Origin: an uncultured Thermodesulfobacteriota bacterium
GTDB taxonomy: Bacteria > Desulfobacterota > Anaeroferrophillalia > Anaeroferrophillales > Anaeroferrophillaceae
DNA length: 64,000 nt
Assembly (NCBI GenBank): GCA_964478545.1
Contig: CAYZIS010000009.1
Span: 2,070 to 66,069, forward strand
Direction of reading: 5' to 3'
Shown: piece after piece, positions 9,074-18,053 of the stretch
Position numbering within the stretch: the stretch's first letter is position 1
How the letters are laid out: every line of letters begins with the position of its first letter
Notes under the pieces: generated by a model
What the model was told of the DNA's origin: nothing
Databases searched by the model: none
Seen by the model: the letters and a program-made list of their open reading frames with translations, nothing else
Translations under genes and position numbers: made by a program

Positions 9074-10030
9074 ATGAATAATATCACCACCCCGGAACAA
9101 TGTACTGAACGACTGGAAATTTCCAGCCAGCACCGCCTGGAAATACCCCAGGTGGTTGACCAACTGGTAGCCACCTGCAAGAGCGGGCAATGCTATGAAC
9201 ACCTGGCGCCGGAACCTATGCCGTCACGCGGGATCACTATCGAAATCATTCATCAATGCCGCATGATTCTGTTCCCGGGTTACTTTACCCGTCCCCGGAT
9301 AGACCCCGTCACTATTGAATATTACCTGGGTCAGGAGGTTTCCAACCTCCATGAAATGCTTACTGAACAGATTATCCTGGCAGTCCGCCACAATTGCCTC
9401 CGTTACCACGAATCGTGCAGTCATTGCGAAGTACGGGGATACGAAGCAGCCATTACTTTTATCAAGGAGCTTCCCCGGTTGCGGATCATGCTGGCCAATG
9501 ACGTGCGCGCCGCCATAGAAGGGGACCCCGCCGCAAAAAGCATGGATGAGGTTATTTTCAGTTACCCGGGACTTTTTGCCATCACCATCTACCGGCTTGC
9601 CCATCTGCTCCGCAAACTGGATGTGCCGCTGCTGCCCCGGATTATGACTGAGTATGCCCACAGCAAAACCGGCATTGATATCAACCCGGGAGCGGAAATC
9701 GGTGAACATTTTTTCATCGATCATGGCACCGGTATTGTTATTGGTGAAACAACCGCTATCGGCAACCGAGTACGCATCTATCAGGGGGTAACCCTTGGAG
9801 CCCTGTCACTGTCAAAAGATGCCGGGATACGCTACCGGGATATAAAACGTCATCCGACTATTGAAGACGAGGTAATTATCTATTCCGGGGCTACCATCCT
9901 GGGAGGGGATACAGTGATTGGTGCCCGCTCCATCATCGGCGGGAATGTCTGGATCACCAAATCCATCCCCCCGGATACGAAAGTCCTGCTGAAAAACCCT
10001 GAGCTGATCCATATTACCAGCGAAGGCTGA
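9074..10030 (+). CDS. cysE: Serine O-acetyltransferase (left-handed beta-helix hexapeptide transferase with an N-terminal SATase domain)
   Basis: DVRAAIEGDPAA, hexapeptide repeats (GTGIVIGETTAIGNRVRIYQGVTLG), and a nifU-nifS-cysE arrangement. Confidence 0.85.
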   Translation: MNNITTPEQCTERLEISSQHRLEIPQVVDQLVATCKSGQCYEHLAPEPMPSRGITIEIIHQCRMILFPGYFTRPRIDPVTIEYYLGQEVSNLHEMLTEQIILAVRHNCLRYHESCSHCEVRGYEAAITFIKELPRLRIMLANDVRAAIEGDPAAKSMDEVIFSYPGLFAITIYRLAHLLRKLDVPLLPRIMTEYAHSKTGIDINPGAEIGEHFFIDHGTGIVIGETTAIGNRVRIYQGVTLGALSLSKDAGIRYRDIKRHPTIEDEVIIYSGATILGGDTVIGARSIIGGNVWITKSIPPDTKVLLKNPELIHITSEG

Positions 10031-10286
10031 TGCTATAGTTTGTGTCCCCAGGCAACCATCCTTCTCCCTGTCCTGGAAATCCGGAACATCCGGTTCCTGA
10101 CCACTGAGTTTTTTCTCCAGAGCCATTGACATCCATATAAAAATCAGTTTAATAATTAAGTACAACATCGTCACGTGACTTTCAAGCTGTCGAAATAATA
10201 AGTTTCACTTTTATTCCCCTTTTATACACTAAAATTTTTGACTTAAATCAAAGTCTTTTCATTATTTCCATGACAAAAGAGCTGTT

Positions 10287-11357
10287 ATGCCTTCGTCATG
10301 GAGTAGAATGTCGGACTATATGGAGCATCATATGCCTTTACCCGGAAACTTGCTGACCACGGCCATGGGCGTTATGCCACACAAAGATATTGACCGGGCT
10401 TTGCAACTTGCCATGTCTCTTGACATTCCTTTCTGGCCTCAGCTGCCCCACTACAGCTATTATGAAGACATGTATGTCCAGGCAGCTGAACATTTTCCTG
10501 GAATAATCCTTGATATAAAGAAGAAAACCCTGCGTTTTACCACTGACAGATTCATCAATGAACTGGAAGAGGTCCTCAACCATTTTGAGGAACCGGAATA
10601 TTTTGATGTCAGCAATCAGTATTCCGCCGTTTACCAGAAGTTCCTCTCCTATGACCTCTCCAGCTACCCGGCCATCCGCGGCCAGCTGGAGGGTCCAATC
10701 AGCTTCGGTTTTTACATTAAAGATGAAAACGACCGACCGATCCTTTTCAACGATATGGTACGGCCCTTTCTCTTTGAATTCATGTCCAAACGGATCAACG
10801 TCCAATTGGCCCGGTTGAAGAAAAAGAATCCCAACGCTTTTATGTTTATTGATGAGCCGGGGCTCCAGTTTCTCTTCAGTGCCATGTCCGGCTACAGCGA
10901 TGTTTTCGCCCGGGAAGATATCAACAACCTCTTTGCCATGATCGAACGACCCCGGGGAATTCATCTCTGTGGCAACCCGGACTGGGATTTCCTGCTGGGA
11001 TTCGACATGGACATTGTTTCCATCGACCTCTATACCAACTCAAAAGTCCTGCCCCTCTGCACCAAAGCTATTATCAATTTCTTTGAGCGGGGTGGTGTCA
11101 TTGTCTGGGGCATTGTCCCCACCAACATAGAACCATTTGAACGGGAAACCATGGACAGCCTGATAAAACTGTTGGAAAGTACCTGGGAAGGATTGTATAA
11201 AGAAGGCCTCGACCGGGATTTTCTTCTTTCCCACAGCCTCCTGTCACCAGCCACCTGCTGTCTGATTAATCCGGACAAGGAAAAAACGGTGGAAAAAGCT
11301 TTTCAGCTTACCAAGGATCTTTCAACCCATTTGCGCAACCGGTATAAACTATCATAA
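10287..11357 (+). CDS. Cobalamin-independent methionine synthase (MetE) core-domain-like / URO-D superfamily protein
   Basis: FMFIDEPGL (MetE IDEP motif), GIHLCGN (H-x-C Zn ligands), and a downstream ATCCL Cys. Length about 340 aa. The sulfur-assimilation context fits. Confidence 0.45.
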   Translation: MPSSWSRMSDYMEHHMPLPGNLLTTAMGVMPHKDIDRALQLAMSLDIPFWPQLPHYSYYEDMYVQAAEHFPGIILDIKKKTLRFTTDRFINELEEVLNHFEEPEYFDVSNQYSAVYQKFLSYDLSSYPAIRGQLEGPISFGFYIKDENDRPILFNDMVRPFLFEFMSKRINVQLARLKKKNPNAFMFIDEPGLQFLFSAMSGYSDVFAREDINNLFAMIERPRGIHLCGNPDWDFLLGFDMDIVSIDLYTNSKVLPLCTKAIINFFERGGVIVWGIVPTNIEPFERETMDSLIKLLESTWEGLYKEGLDRDFLLSHSLLSPATCCLINPDKEKTVEKAFQLTKDLSTHLRNRYKLS

Positions 11358-11457
11358 ACAATGAAAAAAAGGAGGGAATGGAACAAAACCTGGGATGGTG
11401 AAAAAGAAATTCATTGGAAGAAATGATAACGTAAGCGGAAGAGGAGGGAAGCAAAAG

Positions 11458-12741
11458 ATGAAATTTAGAAGATTTTTATTATTGGTCTCGGCTGTGGCCT
11501 TGGTGCTTGCCTTGACAATCAGCGGCAAAGTCATGGCGGCGGAAAATACCTGTATCTCCTGTCATGAAAAGGTATCCCCGGGACAGGTGGCTGACTGGCG
11601 AACCAGTATACACTCGGCTGAGGATGTAAGCTGTGCTGATTGCCACGGCAGCAAACACCAGAAAGCCAATGATGGTGATCTGGCGGTCCTGCCCAGCGAG
11701 CATGTCTGCGCTGAATGCCATGAAGAACAATTCTCCCAGTTTTCCAAGGGTAAACATAACTTTGGCTGGACATCCTTGAACGCCATGAATATCACCCACG
11801 TGGAACCAGACGAGTTGATGGAAGGAGGCCGGGGTTGCGGTGGCTGTCATAACATGGGTATCAAGAGCGAGGCCCAGAAAAAAGAGCAGATGGACAAGGA
11901 CTATCGCTACCAGAATAACTCCTGTGACGAATGTCACACCCGCCATAGCTTCTCTAAGAAGGAAGCCCAGGATCCCCATGCCTGCCAGCAATGCCATATG
12001 GGCTATGATCATCCCCAGTGGGAGATGTGGAGCAGCGCCAAGCATGGGACCCGCTGGTTCGCCAGGGAGGCCGGCCGCCTGGATAAAAACGCCCCGGCAC
12101 CCACCTGCCAATTCTGTCATTTGCCCAATGGTAATCACGAAAATCATACCGCCTGGGGTTTTCTCGGCGTTCGCCTGCCATTGCCTGAGGATAAACAATG
12201 GGCTGCCGACCGGGTAACAATTCTGAAAGCTCTCGGCGTCCTCGACCCTTTTACCGGGAAACCAACCGCTCGTCTCGCACTGGTCACTTCGGTTGACATG
12301 GTCCGCGCAACCCAGGAAGCCTGGGAAACTGAACGGGAAAAAATGATCAAGACCTGTGCCAAGTGCCACGCGGAAAAATACGCCCGCTCACAGCTGGAAA
12401 TGGGTGATTCAATGCTGCAGAAAGCCGACCGCCTGCTGGCCGAAGGCATTGAGATCGTCGCCGGCCTCTATAAAGACGGAACTATCAAAAAACCGGACAC
12501 CTATACCTTTGCCTATCCCGACTTTTTCTACTTCCTGCGCACCGGCGGCGGCAATCTGGACCAGGCAACGTTTATTGAGCAGGTGCTGTTCCAGATGTAC
12601 ATGAAGCATCGGATGCGCACCTACCAGGCGCAGTTCCATGTCAATCCGGATTACGCCTACTGGTACGGCTGGGCGATGATGACCAAGGACCTGGTGGAAA
12701 TTAAGGACCTGGCCCACACCATGCGGGCAACCCACAAATAG
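11458..12741 (+). CDS. Octahaem c-type cytochrome, HAO/epsilon-Hao-like (8 CxxCH), with a signal peptide. The probable start (MKFRRF...) is at 11458; the upstream ATG of the track ORF is at 11395.
   Basis: Eight CxxCH motifs (CISCH, CADCH, CAECH, CGGCH, CDECH, CQQCH, CQFCH, CAKCH) in about 430 aa. A good RBS (GGAGGG) precedes 11458. Confidence 0.8.
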   Translation: MKFRRFLLLVSAVALVLALTISGKVMAAENTCISCHEKVSPGQVADWRTSIHSAEDVSCADCHGSKHQKANDGDLAVLPSEHVCAECHEEQFSQFSKGKHNFGWTSLNAMNITHVEPDELMEGGRGCGGCHNMGIKSEAQKKEQMDKDYRYQNNSCDECHTRHSFSKKEAQDPHACQQCHMGYDHPQWEMWSSAKHGTRWFAREAGRLDKNAPAPTCQFCHLPNGNHENHTAWGFLGVRLPLPEDKQWAADRVTILKALGVLDPFTGKPTARLALVTSVDMVRATQEAWETEREKMIKTCAKCHAEKYARSQLEMGDSMLQKADRLLAEGIEIVAGLYKDGTIKKPDTYTFAYPDFFYFLRTGGGNLDQATFIEQVLFQMYMKHRMRTYQAQFHVNPDYAYWYGWAMMTKDLVEIKDLAHTMRATHK

Positions 12742-12763
12742 AAGTTCTCATTTTTCAATCTTG

Positions 12764-12803
12764 AACCAGAAAAGCACCTGAACTCCGGGTGCTTTTCTGG
12801 TTA
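12764..12803 (+). terminator. Rho-independent terminator-like hairpin after the cytochrome gene
   Basis: CCAGAAAAGCACC-(9-nt loop)-GGTGCTTTTCTGG is a perfect 13-bp stem. It is flanked by an 18-nt direct repeat AGTTCTCATTTTTCAATC at 12742 and 12818. Confidence 0.5.
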
Positions 12804-12969
12804 TTGTCCTTCCATAAAGTTCTCATTTTTCAATCAATTCTTTTCCCTGCAGAAAAACTTTCTTAACCTTGACAAAAATAACTTTATACTATCTTAACAA
12901 AGATGTTTCATAACGGATGATCTCATCGGCTAATCCCCGGCAAATGGCTGGGATCTCATCATATGAAGG

Positions 12970-13128
12970 AAAAGGCCATGAAAAAAGAACTGATCATCGT
13001 TGTTGAGGATGAAGCTGATATCCGTGAGGTACTGGAATACAATCTGGAACGGGAAGGCTACAAAGTCCTGACGGTAGCGGACGGCCTATTTTCACCTCGG
13101 CTTCCCCCTGTGTCAGGATAGATGTCGG
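12970..13128 (+). pseudogene. 5' fragment of an OmpR/PhoB-type response regulator gene (the receiver domain is truncated after about 40 codons)
   Basis: MKEKAMKKELIIVVEDEADIREVLEYNLEREGYKVLTVADG, then divergence and a stop. Confidence 0.5.
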
Positions 13129-13200
13129 CCCCACCACTCGTATTTTCACCAACCCCACGCACCAGTTGACGGAAGACTACATCACCGGACGCTTCGGTTG
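13105..13200 (+). pseudogene. 3' fragment of phosphate ABC transporter ATPase pstB (last about 24 codons)
   Basis: The frame reads GPTTRIFTNPTHQLTEDYITGRFG*, which is the canonical PstB C-terminus. No upstream ABC domain is present. Confidence 0.5.
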
Positions 13201-13629
13201 ATCCCCTATTTGCTCGGGCATAGTTTTTCAGAGAATCTCAAAGCTTGAGATCTCGAGGGAAACATGTTTTATCACCGAAAATATCTACCGTGATTGGCAG
13301 GTTTCCTTCATCACACCGGAAAATGCCATGAACCGTCCGGATAGAAACTGGGATCTAATCCATGGAAAACTGACTTTCTGTGCTTCGCTGTCCTGCTTCG
13401 CTTGAAAGCCGGCCTCTGCCATCCATGATTTCGGTGTTCAGTTCGGGAAATCAGATCCGGCCGGTTTGGCAGTATGATTACGATCTCGGCCGTAACTGGC
13501 AACGAGTGGTCTCTGAACCATATCATAAAAAATGCAGTAACGATATTCTTGCAAAATATACTTGACAAATATCTTATTACTTTGTATCTTATGTAGGAAC
13601 AGCATTACAGCATATTATAAGGTGAGCTG

Positions 13630-14223
13630 ATGAAGATAAAAATAAAAAAACTGGCGATGGTGCAGATGGGATATTCATTCCGATCCCGTCTTGAAGCCTC
13701 CAGTAGCGGTGGCGTCGCGGTTATCCAGATGAAAGACCTTCTTGATGACAACACGGTTGGCTGTGGTGACTTGGTAAAAATTGATATGGAGATGGTCAAA
13801 GAACATCACCTTGTGCAGAAGGGAGATTTGGTTTTCAGGTCGCGTGGACACGTAACTACGGCAGCGGTTCTTCTTGAGGAACCGGGGAAGGCGGTTGTTG
13901 CCGCTCCTCTATTAAGGATAAGGATTACCAAGCCGGACAGGGTTTTGCCCGAGTATCTGAACTGGTACATCAGCCAACGGGATGCGCAGATTTTCCTGAC
14001 CAGCAGAGCCAAAGGCACGGTCCAGAAGATGATCAGCAAACAGGCGATTGAGGAGCTTGAAGTTTCATTGCCAAGTTTGGAAAAACAGAAAAATATCGTT
14101 GAGCTGGCATCGCTTATCGCGAGAGAACAAAACCTGCTTCAGCAGATTTCCGAAAAGCGGGAGAAATACATCTCAACAGTACTCATGCAGTTTGCCAAAG
14201 GAACCACGAATGCACACCAATAA
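13630..14223 (+). CDS. hsdS: Type I RM specificity subunit, half-size HsdS (single target-recognition domain plus a conserved coiled region)
   Basis: LPSLEKQKNIVELASLIAREQNLLQQI is the HsdS conserved repeat. Length 197 aa. A -35/-10-like promoter (TTGACA at about 13562) lies upstream. Confidence 0.7.
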   Translation: MKIKIKKLAMVQMGYSFRSRLEASSSGGVAVIQMKDLLDDNTVGCGDLVKIDMEMVKEHHLVQKGDLVFRSRGHVTTAAVLLEEPGKAVVAAPLLRIRITKPDRVLPEYLNWYISQRDAQIFLTSRAKGTVQKMISKQAIEELEVSLPSLEKQKNIVELASLIAREQNLLQQISEKREKYISTVLMQFAKGTTNAHQ

Positions 14224-14592
14224 ACACGAATTATTACTGAAGGATGAAGTATACCAAGTCGTGGGTTGCACTATGGAGGTTTTGAATACGCTCGGTCACG
14301 GGCTACTGGAAAAGCCGTATGAAAATGCATTGGTGGTCGAGTTTGGGTAAGGGGAATCTCTTTCCAGCAGCAGAAACGATTTCCAGTGGTTTATAAATCA
14401 GTTCAGGTCGGGGAATATATTCCAGATTTGATCGCTTTTGATCAAATGGTGATTGACACCAAAGTCATCGAATCTATTGGCAATAATGAAAGAGCCCAAA
14501 TCATCAACTATCTCAAAATAACCGGTCTACGGGTCGGGCTCATCCTCAATTTTAAGCATGCAAAATTAGAGTGGGAACGTATCGTCCTATGA
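14210..14592 (+). pseudogene. GxxExxY protein (PD-(D/E)XK nuclease, PDDEXK_3 family) split by a 1-nt frameshift in a G-run near 14344-14349
   Basis: The N-terminal part reads EVYQVVGCTMEVLNTLGHGLLEKPYENALVVEF. It continues in another frame as VRGISFQQQKRFPVVYKSVQVGEYIPDLIAFD...AQIINYLKITGLRVGLILNF, matching the family end-to-end. Confidence 0.6.
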
Positions 14593-14648
14593 AGATTATT
14601 CGTGTAAATTCGTGTCCATTAGTGGTTTCAAAATAAGGAGAATAAAAC

Positions 14649-16277
14649 ATGAACAGCAAGATTGACCAGAGAGACATCAACAACGCGGCCTGGGCGGCGT
14701 GTGACACCTTCCGAGGGGTTGTTGATCCGGCCCAGTACAAAGACTACATCCTGGTGATGCTGTTTTTGAAATACATCTCCGATGTCTGGCAGGACCATTA
14801 CGATGAATATCAAAAGCAGCATGGCGATGATGATGTTCGTATCCGCCGCAAACTCGAGCGTGAACGCTTTGTTCTCCCAATAGTGAAACTGACGGAAAAA
14901 AATGATCAGACCGGTGAAGAAACGGTGCTAGATGAGTTCCCCGCCAACTACTACAGCCTTTACGAACGCAGATCAGCCGCCAATATCGGTGAGCTGATCA
15001 ACATCGTTCTCGACCATATTGAAGAAAACAACAAGACCAAACTTGAAGGGGTTTTCCGCAATATCGACTTTAACAGCGAGGCCAATCTTGGCAAGACCAA
15101 AGACCGTAACCGCCGCCTGAAACAGCTGCTGGAAGATTTCCATAAACCACAACTCAACATGAAGCCCAGCCTCGTCTCCGAGGATGTGATCGGCAACACT
15201 TATATCTATCTGATCGAACGTTTTGCTTCCGACTCCGGAAAGAAGGCCGGGGAGTTCTTTACCCCGCTGAAGGTTACCGAACTGGTCGCCAAGCTGGCCG
15301 GCCCTAAACCGGGCGACCGTATCTGCGACCCGGCCTGCGGCTCCGGCGGTCTGTTGATTCAGGCAGCCAAACAGGTGGGCGACCTGTCTGCGGGCAACAC
15401 ACAGGCAGGCCGTAACTTTGCCCTCTTCGGCCAAGAATCAAACGGCAGCACCTGGGCGCTCTGCCGCATGAATATGTTCCTCCACAGTTTTGACAGCGCC
15501 CGGATTGAGTGGTGCGATACGCTGAACAGCCCGCTCTTGGTTGAAAATGATCGCCTGATGAAATTCAACTGCGTGGTGGCCAATCCGCCATTTTCGCTGG
15601 ACAAATGGGGCGCTGAGAATGCTGAGAGCGATCAATACAACCGCTTCTGGCGCGGCGTTCCGCCAAAAAGCAAAGGCGACTGGGCCTTTATCAGTCACAT
15701 GGTGGAAATTGCACTGGAAAAAGAGGGTCGTGTGGTCGTGGTGGTTCCCCACGGGGTGCTGTTCCGAGGCGCTGCCGAGGGACGTATCCGGGAAAAGATG
15801 ATTGAAGAAAACCTGCTTGATGCGGTGATCGGCCTGCCGGGCAACCTGTTTCCGACCACCAATATTCCGGTGGCGATTCTGGTCTTTGACCGCTCAAGGG
15901 AAAAAGGCGGTGCCCGCGAAGCGTGCAAGAATGTTCTCTTTATTGATGCCAGTCGGGAGTTTGTCTCCGGTAAAAACCGGAATACCCTTTCTGAAGAACA
16001 TCTGGCCAAGATCATGGAAATCTACACGGCCAGAACCGAAGTGGAAAAATACGCCCATGTGGCTGACGTTGTAGAGATCAAGGAAAACGACTTCAACCTC
16101 AACATCCCCCGCTATGTGGACACCTTTGAAGAGGAAGAGGAAATCGACATCGATGCGGTTCAGCTGGAAATTGAGGCGCTGGAAAAAGAGCTGGCAGAAG
16201 TGCGGGTGAAAATGGCCGAAAAAATGCAGCAAATCCAGAGAAACCACGAATGCACACAAATAGACACGAATGTTTAG
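14649..16277 (+). CDS. hsdM: Type I RM DNA methyltransferase subunit (N6-adenine)
   Basis: VANPPF catalytic motif, a DPACGSGG AdoMet motif, an HsdM N-terminal domain, and 542 aa. The last 11 codons are supplied by repeat element R. Confidence 0.9.
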   Translation: MNSKIDQRDINNAAWAACDTFRGVVDPAQYKDYILVMLFLKYISDVWQDHYDEYQKQHGDDDVRIRRKLERERFVLPIVKLTEKNDQTGEETVLDEFPANYYSLYERRSAANIGELINIVLDHIEENNKTKLEGVFRNIDFNSEANLGKTKDRNRRLKQLLEDFHKPQLNMKPSLVSEDVIGNTYIYLIERFASDSGKKAGEFFTPLKVTELVAKLAGPKPGDRICDPACGSGGLLIQAAKQVGDLSAGNTQAGRNFALFGQESNGSTWALCRMNMFLHSFDSARIEWCDTLNSPLLVENDRLMKFNCVVANPPFSLDKWGAENAESDQYNRFWRGVPPKSKGDWAFISHMVEIALEKEGRVVVVVPHGVLFRGAAEGRIREKMIEENLLDAVIGLPGNLFPTTNIPVAILVFDRSREKGGAREACKNVLFIDASREFVSGKNRNTLSEEHLAKIMEIYTARTEVEKYAHVADVVEIKENDFNLNIPRYVDTFEEEEEIDIDAVQLEIEALEKELAEVRVKMAEKMQQIQRNHECTQIDTNV

Positions 16278-16305
16278 AACCACGGAAAGCTCAAGGAGAT
16301 TCAGC

Positions 16306-16900
16306 GATGAATAAAGACAAAGGCAAACTTTCCCTTCAAGATGAATTAGCCGAATTTCTGCTGTACACCACTCCAGATGGAGGAGTGAAGGTGGAGGTTT
16401 TCCTTTACGGCGAGACCGTCTGGCTACCGCAGAAACGTATTGCAGAGCTCTTTGGGGTTGGTGTGCCTGCCATTTCCAAGCACTTGGATAATATTTACGC
16501 AAGCGGTGAACTGGAAAAACCAGCAACTGTTTCCATTTTGGAAACAGTTCAGCTGGAAGGGAAACGTCAAGTGGCGCGATCTGACACCACTATCGGGAAA
16601 AACTATCTGTCAGAAACGGAAATCAAACAGTTGGAACGTACTGTATCCGCATTCTTTGACTACATTGAAAACATCGTTGAACGCCGCAATAGCTTTACCA
16701 TGAAAAGCTTTACAGCGAGCGTGAATAAGTTTTTGGAGTTCAATGAATATAAAATTCTGGAAGGTCACGGCTCTATTTCCCGCATGCAGGCGGAAGAGAA
16801 GGCTTTCGGCGAATACGAAAGGTTCAACAAGACACAGCTTATAGATTCTGATTTTGACAGGATGGTGAAGGAGTTGTCTACGGAGGGGAACCACGAATGA
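16306..16900 (+). CDS. RhuM-family N-terminal-domain paralogue (short). The track ORF starts at 16250, inside the repeat.
   Basis: YTTPDGGVKVEVFLYGETVWLPQKRIAELFGVGVPAISKHLDNIYASGEL parallels the RhuM N-terminus of the 21515 gene. The conserved leader AAGGAGATTCAGCGATG precedes it. Confidence 0.5.
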
Positions 16901-17039
16901 GCATGAATAGACACGAATAATTAGAACCACGGACGACACGGAAAAACACTGAATTGAAAGCGTTTGATTTTCCGTGCCTTCCGTGCCTTCCGTGCTTTCC
17001 GTGGTTAAAGATGGCCGATAAGCTCAAGGAGATTCAGCG

Positions 17040-17933
17040 ATGATAAATATTGATATTGAAAAACATCACCATCAGACATTTGAGAAAATCAAGCAGACGG
17101 CACAGAATGGTTCTGAGTTCTGGATGGCGCGCCGACTAGCCAAGCTCCTCGACTACGCTGAGTTTCGCAATTTTCTGCCGGTCATCGAAAAGGCGAAAAA
17201 AGCCTGTGAAAATAGTGGTCAGTCCGTGAAAAACCATTTCGTGGAAATGCACGAGATGGTTTCAATTGGTTCCGGAGCTGAGCGAAAAATGAAATCCTAC
17301 GGGCTCTCCCGTTATGCCTGTTACTTGATTGTACAAAATGGCGACCCATCCAAGCCGGTCATCGCCAACGGTCAGACCTATTTCGCCATGCAGACCCGAA
17401 GGCAGGAATTAGCCGATGACCAGGCTTTTCAGCGCCTCAAGGAGGATGAAAAGCGCCTTTTTCTGCGCAACGAAATGCGGGAGCACAACAAACAGCTGGT
17501 GGAAGCTGCTCAACAGGCTGGTGTTGAATCCAATCTCGACTTTGCCATATTCCAGAACCATGGCTACAAAGGACTGTACGGTGGGCTGGACGCCAAGGGG
17601 ATTCATAAACATAAAGGATTGAAAAAGAGCCAACAAATTCTCGACAACATGGGTAGCACCGAACTTGCCGCCAACCTTTTTCGCGCTACGCAAACCGAAG
17701 AAAAACTGCGCCGGGAAAATATTCAGGGCAAGACCAAGGCTAACAAAACCCATTTTGAAGTCGGTAAAAAAGTCCGCCAAACCATCGAAGAACTTGGTGG
17801 AACCATGCCGGAAAATCTCCCGACACCGGACGAAGACCTAAAGAAACTGAAAAGACGGGTGAAGTCGGCAGGGAAAAAGCTGATCAAAGGGTGTGAACTG
17901 CCGGAAAGAGGAACCACGAATGCACACGAATAG
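17040..17933 (+). CDS. dinD: DNA-damage-inducible protein D (DinD) family protein
   Basis: The N-terminus HHQTFEKIKQTAQNGSEFWMARRLAKLLDYAEFRNFLPVIEKAKKACENSG closely matches the DinD family. Such genes are frequently embedded in Type I RM loci. Confidence 0.6.
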   Translation: MINIDIEKHHHQTFEKIKQTAQNGSEFWMARRLAKLLDYAEFRNFLPVIEKAKKACENSGQSVKNHFVEMHEMVSIGSGAERKMKSYGLSRYACYLIVQNGDPSKPVIANGQTYFAMQTRRQELADDQAFQRLKEDEKRLFLRNEMREHNKQLVEAAQQAGVESNLDFAIFQNHGYKGLYGGLDAKGIHKHKGLKKSQQILDNMGSTELAANLFRATQTEEKLRRENIQGKTKANKTHFEVGKKVRQTIEELGGTMPENLPTPDEDLKKLKRRVKSAGKKLIKGCELPERGTTNAHE

Positions 17934-18053
17934 ACACGAATGCTTAGAACCACGGACGACACGGAAAAACACGGAATTGAGAACGTTTAATCTTCCGTGC
18001 CTTCCGTGCTTTCCGTGGTTAAAAATAGCCGAGAAACTCAATGAGATTCAGCG

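Noticed and set aside
11479-12369. 296-aa minus-strand ORF inside the octahaem cytochrome gene
   Set aside because: It is antisense to a gene with eight perfectly spaced CxxCH motifs. A long antisense ORF is typical of high-GC codon bias. No domain signature.
16940-17010. Tandem TTCCGTGCC repeats considered as a possible CRISPR array
   Set aside because: The units are 9 nt with no spacers, only 3-4 copies. They form the 3' arm of a hairpin in repeat family R. There are no cas genes.
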